Below the pieces are notes generated by a model. It did not search any database. It was not told where the DNA came from and was given only the letters and a program-made list of their open reading frames with translations. From an uncultured Solirubrobacterales bacterium (GTDB taxonomy: Bacteria > Actinomycetota > Thermoleophilia > Solirubrobacterales > 70-9): a DNA stretch of 64,000 nt. The position numbers and the translations under genes are program-made. This document shows positions 57,914 to 64,000 of this stretch, piece after piece; within the stretch, counting starts at the first letter, position 1; every line of letters begins with the position of its first letter. Location: NCBI GenBank assembly GCA_963740555.1, contig CAVUES010000007.1:79310-143309 (forward strand), given 5' to 3'.

Positions 57914-59377
57914 TCAGCCGGATTCGGCGAGCCCGGGCACCCGAATCACACCGCGCTGTTCGAAGTAGGCCCATTCCTGCTCGCCGAGAACTGTCTCGGG
58001 CGCGTCCGCGTAGACCCACTCGCGCATGATGCGGTGCCAGTTGCGCTTCGCGCGCAGCTGCGCCAGCACCGCGAGCACGCCGGTCTCCATGCGGCGCCCC
58101 ATCAGCTCCTCGGCCGGGACCGACTCGCGTCGCATCAGGTCGTAGTACTCCGAGCGGGGATCGGAGGTCGACTCGATCACCTTCATCACGCGCTGCGGGC
58201 TGACCTCGTACTCGCGGTCCTCGAGATACCAGCCCCCGACCACCATCACGTGCTCCATCAGCCGCTCGGCGTCGAGCTTGGATGGATTCTTGACGAAGCC
58301 GAGCTCGTGCAGCGACTCGCGCAGGCTCTCCGGGTCCTTGCGCGCGGCGGCGTCGACGGCGCGCTGCTCGAGCACGATCTGCTCGCGATCCAGGCGCTTG
58401 GTCATCCCAAAATCGAGGAACGCAACCCGGTCGTCGGGCATCAGGATGTAGTTGCCGGGATGAGCGTCGGCGTTGAAGTGCTGCAGGTGGTAGATCGAGC
58501 CGAATGCGAAGCGAAAGACGATCTCGCCGAAGCGGCTGCGCTCGTCGTGGGAGAGCTGCTTGACGTCCTCGAAATCCCTTCCCTCGACCAGCTCGGTGAC
58601 GAGGACGCGGCGGCGCGAAAGCCGCGTGTAGACGTCGGGCACGTAGATGAAGGGGTGGTCGCGGTAGGCGCGGGCGAAGCTGCGCTGGTCCTGGGCCTCG
58701 TGCTCGTAGTCGAGCTCCTCGAGCACGCGCTCGCGCAGCTCCTCGGCGATCGCCTTCGGGTCGAGGCCGGGGGCGATCGCCTTCGCCAGGCGCACGATCG
58801 TTCCCGCGTTGCGCAGGTCGGCCTCCAGCGCGTCGGCGACGCCGGGATATTGGATCTTGACCGCGACCCGGGTACCGTTTGGCAGCTCGGCGCGGTGGAC
58901 CTGGCCGATCGAGGCGGCGGCGAACGCCTCCTCGTCGATGTCGGCGAACAGCTCCGACAGCGGCTCGTCCTCGTATTCCTCCTCCAGCACCTTGACCACT
59001 CTTTCCCAGGGCATCGGAGGCGCCGAGGTGCGCAGCTTCGCGAACTGCTCCTGGTAGATCTCGCGGTACTCGGGGGGCAGGAACTCGATGTCGATGAAGG
59101 AGGCCATCTGGCCCAGCTTCATCGCAGCTCCCTTCATTTCCCCCAGCGTCCCCATCAGCTTCAGCGCGGCCTCGAGGTGGCGGTTCTCGAGCTTCTCCTT
59201 TGCACCCTCATCGGAGCGCGCGACCGAGGCGGCCCTGGTGCCGGCGTAGCGAGCCCCCTGCACGCCCAGGGTGGTGCCGAGCTTCGCCGAGCGGCGGATG
59301 CGGCCCTTCGGGATCTTGCGGTCTTCTGCCACGACCAGAGGGTAGCCGCGGCTGGGCGGGCCCCCGCAAGAGTTCAT
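57914..59377 (-). CDS. ABC1/UbiB-family atypical kinase
   Basis: ASIGQVHRAELPNGTRVAVKIQYPGV, DYEHEAQ, HADAHPGNYIL and FLDFGM motifs. Confidence 0.85.
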   Translation of the reverse strand: MNSCGGPPSRGYPLVVAEDRKIPKGRIRRSAKLGTTLGVQGARYAGTRAASVARSDEGAKEKLENRHLEAALKLMGTLGEMKGAAMKLGQMASFIDIEFLPPEYREIYQEQFAKLRTSAPPMPWERVVKVLEEEYEDEPLSELFADIDEEAFAAASIGQVHRAELPNGTRVAVKIQYPGVADALEADLRNAGTIVRLAKAIAPGLDPKAIAEELRERVLEELDYEHEAQDQRSFARAYRDHPFIYVPDVYTRLSRRRVLVTELVEGRDFEDVKQLSHDERSRFGEIVFRFAFGSIYHLQHFNADAHPGNYILMPDDRVAFLDFGMTKRLDREQIVLEQRAVDAAARKDPESLRESLHELGFVKNPSKLDAERLMEHVMVVGGWYLEDREYEVSPQRVMKVIESTSDPRSEYYDLMRRESVPAEELMGRRMETGVLAVLAQLRAKRNWHRIMREWVYADAPETVLGEQEWAYFEQRGVIRVPGLAESG

Positions 59378-60639
59378 GAGGCGGGACGCCTGGCTATCTG
59401 GAGCAGGCTCCGGAGGGCGGCGATCGGCCGCTCGGGGACGTGCGCTGAGGGCGACGCGCCCGGATGCCGCGCCGCGATGCGGACGCGGAGCGCGCCGGGG
59501 CGGGCCCGGAAGAGCAGCGGCGGGTCCAGGGTGATCGCCTCTCCGTCGACGCCGCTCGGAACCGGCCGGTCGGCGTCGACCTCGAAGCTCGCCTGCGATT
59601 CTTCGATCCAGGGAGGGCGCATGCCGCGCTCCCGATCCGGGGATCTCAACTCGACGATGCCGAGCAGCCCGCTATCGAGCCGCGGACGGGTGCCGGAGCC
59701 GAGCGGCTGGCCCAGCCGGTACGGGTTGTTCGAGACCATGAGCATCGTCCTGGTCTCGTGCTCGGCCCCCGAATGGTCTTTCCAGCGCAGGGCGCTGCCA
59801 CTGGCCTCCGGCCCGAGCGACTCGGGGAGCACCGCCAGCACCGTGCGCAGCTTCGCGTCGCGATAAGCCTCGCGGTTGACCGCCTGCGCGTAGACGCCGA
59901 GCGAAACGTTGTTCACGAACACCCGGCCGTTGACCTCCGCCAGGTCCACCCGCCGCTCGCTGCCGTTCACGAAGGCGTCCAGGGCTCCGACGACGTCGTC
60001 GCGATCGACGCCGAGGTCGAGGGCGAGGTGGTTGCGCGTGCCCGCGGGTATGCACGCGTAGGGGAGGTCATGCTCCGCGGCCACGGCGGCGACCACAGCC
60101 TGCGAGCCGTCGCCACCCGCCATCGCCAGGGCGTCGGCGCCGCGCCCAATCGCGGCCCGCACCAGCGTTTCGAGGTCGTCCCCCGGCTGCAGCTCGACGG
60201 CCTCGATGCCACGCGAGTGGGCTTCGTCGGCGAGGTGAAATCGCGTCGCCTTGCCGCCGCCCGATCGCGGGTTCATGAAAAGGACCGGGTGCCGCGGCCG
60301 CGGCGCCGGCGGCAGTGGCACTGTGGCGGCGAACGCGATGCGAGCTGCCCCGGCTGCGAGCAACCACGCGCCGGCCACCGCCAAGAGCTCCAAGATCCGA
60401 CCGCCCGAGACCAGCAGACCAATGACGAATCCCAGCAGCACTATCGCGGCGCCGAGACCGGCTGCCCGCCGGGCTCCTCTGCGCACCAGCCCGAACCATG
60501 CCGCCGCCAAGCCGGAGGCGATCGCGGCGCAGACGACGAGGCCGCGCAGCACGTCCTCGAACACCAGCGCCAGCAGACCTGCGGCGCCAACGACTCCTGA
60601 TGCCAGCGCGACGACGGCGGCGAACTGCCTGCGCGTCAT
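59374..60639 (-). CDS. Membrane-anchored diacylglycerol-kinase-family lipid kinase (DAGK_cat / YegS-like)
   Basis: About 3 N-terminal TM helices, then FMNPRSGGGKA, GGDGSQAVVA and PAGTRNHLALDLG. Confidence 0.8.
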   Translation of the reverse strand: MTRRQFAAVVALASGVVGAAGLLALVFEDVLRGLVVCAAIASGLAAAWFGLVRRGARRAAGLGAAIVLLGFVIGLLVSGGRILELLAVAGAWLLAAGAARIAFAATVPLPPAPRPRHPVLFMNPRSGGGKATRFHLADEAHSRGIEAVELQPGDDLETLVRAAIGRGADALAMAGGDGSQAVVAAVAAEHDLPYACIPAGTRNHLALDLGVDRDDVVGALDAFVNGSERRVDLAEVNGRVFVNNVSLGVYAQAVNREAYRDAKLRTVLAVLPESLGPEASGSALRWKDHSGAEHETRTMLMVSNNPYRLGQPLGSGTRPRLDSGLLGIVELRSPDRERGMRPPWIEESQASFEVDADRPVPSGVDGEAITLDPPLLFRARPGALRVRIAARHPGASPSAHVPERPIAALRSLLQIARRPAS

Positions 60640-60660
60640 CGCCCCGACACGGTGTGGGCC

Positions 60661-61050
60661 CTAGGCGAGCAGCTTGGCCTTCGCCTGCTCGAACTCCTGC
60701 TCGGATATGTCGCCGCGCTGCTTCAGGTCGCTGAGCTTGTGCAGCTCGTCGGCCGGCGAGCTGCCGGCAGTCTCGCGAACGTAGGCATCGAGATGCTTGC
60801 GGGCCTCGGCTTGCTCCTTGATCGCGCGATCGCGCATTCCCTGGCCGCGCGCGATCAGATAGATCAGCGTTCCCAGGAACGGAAGGACGATCAGGAAGAA
60901 GACCCAGATGGCCTTCCCCCACCCCGACATCTCGTGGTCGCGGAACAGGTCCCCGATGATCGTGATCAGGATCCAGAACCAGGCGACGAACAGGAAGATC
61001 TCGAGGACTGTCAGCAAGGCCTGTCCGAAGGTGAAATCGGCGAGCGGCAT
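60661..61050 (-). CDS. PLDc_N (cardiolipin synthase N-terminal-like) two-TM domain plus SHOCT domain protein
   Basis: WFWILITIIGDLF..KAIWVFFLIVLPFLGTLIYLI, then the C-terminal SHOCT pattern LHKLSDLKQRGDISEQEFEQAKAKLL. Confidence 0.8.
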   Translation of the reverse strand: MPLADFTFGQALLTVLEIFLFVAWFWILITIIGDLFRDHEMSGWGKAIWVFFLIVLPFLGTLIYLIARGQGMRDRAIKEQAEARKHLDAYVRETAGSSPADELHKLSDLKQRGDISEQEFEQAKAKLLA

Positions 61051-61171
61051 TCGGAAACCTCCTTCTTCCGCCGCGCGGCCTCCGAACGCACGGCCTTTGT
61101 TGCGCCCAGCATCTCACGGCGGGTGGGACAGCGCAAATTCGCCCGCTGGTCGGCGAACCCCGGGCCTGGCG

Positions 61172-63220
61172 CTATGGGGCGGAGCGCTGCAGCTCGTGGC
61201 GCCAGCCCGAGAGCAGGTCGTGAACCGCCACCGCGCCGACGATCGGCTCCCGCGGTGCACGCAGGTGCGGAGGGTGGAGGACGAAGGGGCGCGTTTGCGG
61301 TCCTCCGAGGCCCCCGTGGAAGGAGATCAGCTCCTCGAACGCGCATCCTTCGTCCAGCTCGGGGTCGTAGAAGCTGCCGATCATGATGTCGGCGACGTGC
61401 TCGAAGCCGTCGGCCCTCAGCAGGTGACGGGGGGCGGTGGGGGAGAAGGCAGCCAGCGGGTCGTCGCCTTCCACCCGGCCGTCGCTCAGATATCGGGTCC
61501 CGGAAGCGCCGAGGGCGACCGGTCCGTCTTCACTCGAGCGGACGAGCAGCCAGCCGAGGTGCGGGTGCTGTCGCAGTGCCGGGATCAGCTGCGGATGCCG
61601 CTGGTCGATCTCCTCGAGGCTGAGGCGCCGCCTTTCCTCCATCAGGTAGATCAACCCGAGGTTGCCCGAGCCGAGAACGACCGCCTGGCGGTCGGAGACG
61701 TCGTCCTTTGCGCGCTTGCCCGGCTTTCGACCAGTCGCCTCGCTGATCGAGTGCTCGACCATGGCGCTCTGCTCGTCCCCGCCCGCGAACCCGGCTACGT
61801 CACCCGAGCGCAGCGATCTGGAGACCAGTTCGTCGAGGCCGTAGCCGTTGCGCTGCTTGAAGGTGGCCCCTTGCGTCTGGCCGTGGTCGGACAGCACCAC
61901 GATCTCGTAGGGGCGCGGCGCGTAGGCGCGGGCGCGCTCGATGCGTCCGAACTGCTGGTCGAGCTTGCGCAGCGCCTCCAGAGTGTCGGCGCGCTCGAGA
62001 CCGGAGTGGTGCGCCACCTCGTCATAGCTGGCGAAGGTGGCGTAAACGGCGGGTCGCCCGCGCATCATGTCGCCCAGCACTCCGAAAACGACCAGATCGC
62101 GGACGATCACGCACATCGCCCCGCGCATCAGCGGGTAGATGCCGCCCCGGTGACCACGAGGGCGAACGTCGCGACGCCTCTGTCGCACGGCCGCAATCCG
62201 CTCCAGCAGCACCTCCCAGGCGAACAGCACCAGGGCACGGTTCACGTTGAAGCCGTTGGCGAGGAACGCCCGGTATCCCGGGTTGGCCCTCTTCTCGGCG
62301 TCCATGCGACTGACGGTGAGAATCGTCTCCTCGGCCTCGCCGGAGAGCAGGTTGCCGCGGCTGCCGCCGCCTCCCGTCAGCAGCCCGGCGCCGGATGCGC
62401 GGCGGCGTTCGATCTCGGCGCAGTCCTGCGGCGAGGAGCAGACCATCAGCTTCCCGGTCTCCTTCTCGACCCAGCGGAAGGCCGGGATGTCGTCATTCGA
62501 GCCGAGCAGGATCCCCGCCTGGCTTGCACCGGTCTGGGATGAGAGGTCGGTCTCCCACTCGATCAGGCGAAAGCCGGCCTCGCCGATCCAGCGCGCCATG
62601 TTGGGAGCGTTGCCGCTGCTGATCGCGTGCCGCAGGACCGGAAGCGCCAAGCCGTCGATCTCGAGGAAGAGGATCCCCGGCACGTCGGTGCGGGTTCGCG
62701 CACCCTGGCGACGCGCGACGCGCTCGATCACCCGCAAGCTGTACTGGTCGTCGTCGTTGGCCCCCAGCAGGGCCTGGATGCCGAGCGAGACGGCGGCGAT
62801 CAACAGGGACGCGAGAAGCGCATCCCCGAAGGAGCCGATGTGGACGAAGTCGGGCAAGGCGTCGTCGGCGGCGAGCAGAGCGGCGGCGTCCACCAGCAAC
62901 ACACCCAAGAAGCCGATCAGGATCGTGAACGGAAGCCGCAGCGCCGCCACGATCGGGGGGAGGAGCGCGTTCAGAACCGCGATCAGCGCCGCCACCAGGA
63001 ACGCTCCCGCCGGCTCCTTGAGGTCGAACCCGGGCAGGATCCACGCCACGACGAGCACCGATAGCCCCGCGACAGCCCAGGAGAGGAGCAGCGCAAGCGG
63101 GCGGAGTCGCGGGCTCGACGGCCGCCAGCCCACCTCGGCTCCAAAGGGCCCCGGCTTCACCGGCGCTTGTGGCGCGGTCTCATTCGGCCCGGCCATTGCC
63201 TCCGGCATCCAACCACGCAC
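61172..63220 (-). CDS. Four-TM holin-superfamily-IV-like membrane domain fused to an alkaline-phosphatase-superfamily (phosphodiesterase/pyrophosphatase-like) domain
   Basis: N-terminal LLSWAVAGLSVLVVAWILPGF..ALIAVLNALLPPIV..FLGVLLVDAAAL. C-terminal FLEIDGL, YDEVAHHSG and VVLSDHGQ metal-site motifs. The start is uncertain. Confidence 0.7.
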   Translation of the reverse strand: MRGWMPEAMAGPNETAPQAPVKPGPFGAEVGWRPSSPRLRPLALLLSWAVAGLSVLVVAWILPGFDLKEPAGAFLVAALIAVLNALLPPIVAALRLPFTILIGFLGVLLVDAAALLAADDALPDFVHIGSFGDALLASLLIAAVSLGIQALLGANDDDQYSLRVIERVARRQGARTRTDVPGILFLEIDGLALPVLRHAISSGNAPNMARWIGEAGFRLIEWETDLSSQTGASQAGILLGSNDDIPAFRWVEKETGKLMVCSSPQDCAEIERRRASGAGLLTGGGGSRGNLLSGEAEETILTVSRMDAEKRANPGYRAFLANGFNVNRALVLFAWEVLLERIAAVRQRRRDVRPRGHRGGIYPLMRGAMCVIVRDLVVFGVLGDMMRGRPAVYATFASYDEVAHHSGLERADTLEALRKLDQQFGRIERARAYAPRPYEIVVLSDHGQTQGATFKQRNGYGLDELVSRSLRSGDVAGFAGGDEQSAMVEHSISEATGRKPGKRAKDDVSDRQAVVLGSGNLGLIYLMEERRRLSLEEIDQRHPQLIPALRQHPHLGWLLVRSSEDGPVALGASGTRYLSDGRVEGDDPLAAFSPTAPRHLLRADGFEHVADIMIGSFYDPELDEGCAFEELISFHGGLGGPQTRPFVLHPPHLRAPREPIVGAVAVHDLLSGWRHELQRSAP

Positions 63221-63248
63221 GAAGGCGCCCGCACCGCGCCGAAGGTCG

Positions 63249-64000
63249 ATCCGCGGGGTCTACCCTGCCTCGATCGAGGGCTCGATCACCTACATAGGAC
63301 ACGCCACCCTCCTGATCGAGCTTTCCGGGACCAGGGTGCTGACCGATCCCGCACTGCGACGGCGGATTCTGCACATCCGTCGCCGAGTGCCGCCGCCTTC
63401 GGTCGAAGGGCTGCGATCGCTGGACGCGATCCTGATCTCGCACGCCCATCACGATCACCTCGACCCTCCGTCGCTGCGCCGGCTCGAGCCAGACTGCCCC
63501 GCGGTCGCTCCACGAGGCTGCCGAGGGGTCCTGCTCCGGGCGGGAATCGGCGAGGTGGTCGAGGTCGAGGCGGGCGATCGGATCGAGGTCGGGGGCGTCG
63601 GGATCGAGACGATTTCAGCGCATCACGACGGTCGCCGCTACCCCATGGGCCGGCGCCGGCCGGCGCTCTCCTACCTTCTTGCCGGGCCGCCGAGCGTCTA
63701 TTTCGCCGGCGACACCGATCTGTTCCCCGAGATGGCGGAGCTGGCCGGCCGCGTGGACGTCGCGGCGCTTCCGGTAGGCGGCTGGGGTCCCGACGTCCCC
63801 GCGGGCCACCTCGATCCCGAGCGCGCCGCTCGCGCCGCGGCGATGATCCAGCCGCGAATCGCGATCCCGATCCATTGGGGCACATTGGTCGCGCTCGGCG
63901 CGCAGCGAGACGCCGACCCCTTCGCCCCGGCCGATGAGTTCGCTCGAGCCGCGGAGAGGCACGCGCCGGAGGTCGAAGTACGGATCCTCGCCCCCGGCGA
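63249..64000 (+). CDS. MBL-fold metallo-hydrolase (UlaG-like), 3' end outside the window, start codon unresolved
   Basis: This frame is not in the supplied track because it is open at the window end. I read ITYIGHATLLIELSGTRVLTDP...LISHAHHDHLD...YFAGDT...PIHWGT by hand. No ATG, GTG or TTG lies in frame for about 150 nt upstream of ITYIGHAT. Confidence 0.6.
   Translation, partial: MRGVYPASIEGSITYIGHATLLIELSGTRVLTDPALRRRILHIRRRVPPPSVEGLRSLDAILISHAHHDHLDPPSLRRLEPDCPAVAPRGCRGVLLRAGIGEVVEVEAGDRIEVGGVGIETISAHHDGRRYPMGRRRPALSYLLAGPPSVYFAGDTDLFPEMAELAGRVDVAALPVGGWGPDVPAGHLDPERAARAAAMIQPRIAIPIHWGTLVALGAQRDADPFAPADEFARAAERHAPEVEVRILAPG

Noticed and set aside
61172-63220. Prophage remnant, suggested by a phage-holin-like domain
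   Set aside because: The holin-superfamily-IV-like segment is fused to an alkaline-phosphatase-family domain. It has no neighbouring endolysin, capsid, integrase or att-like features.

Overview
Very GC-rich (judged by eye, not computed) and densely coding bacterial chromosome segment. The gene content looks like Actinomycetota, possibly Thermoleophilia/Rubrobacteria-like, but that guess is low confidence. I call about 65 protein genes and one tRNA-Gln. I see no rRNA, CRISPR array, transposase or prophage. In order, the window holds: the end of a kdp K+-ATPase locus (kdpB, then a kinase-less KdpD N-terminal/USP protein); a non-classical sdhA-sdhB-CCG-subunit succinate dehydrogenase; M50 and M28 peptidases; aidB; a cNMP-binding protein next to a large zinc-ribbon/adenylate cyclase/STAND/TPR protein; icd-mdh; a processive GT2; hsp20-lon; a GT39; MBL hydrolases; TetR regulators; a lysyl-oxidase-like secreted protein; an amidase; an R2-like diiron protein fused to SCP2 with TetR and fadD; glyQS; an FmdB zinc ribbon; LCP; a ROK kinase; an ancestral housekeeping block (rsmI, remA-like, metG, tatD, rsmA, ispE ... 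glmU, prs); a DedA-PAP2 fusion; PucR; an ArsR/SRPBCC operon; clpP; and a run of phospholipid-related genes (GDPD, UbiB kinase, DAG-kinase-like, PLDc_N-SHOCT, holin-like/AlkP fusion). The most notable non-genic signal is a dispersed 60-70 bp double-hairpin repeat with at least 8 intergenic copies in both orientations, often touching or supplying stop or start codons. I cannot assign it to any named repeat class. A second two-copy repeat has a conserved core and differing but still complementary outer stems. A heptanucleotide tandem repeat also sits just upstream of ispE and clpP. All protein calls rest on motif recognition from the supplied translations. No database search was run, and start codons are often uncertain because GTG/TTG starts are frequent.
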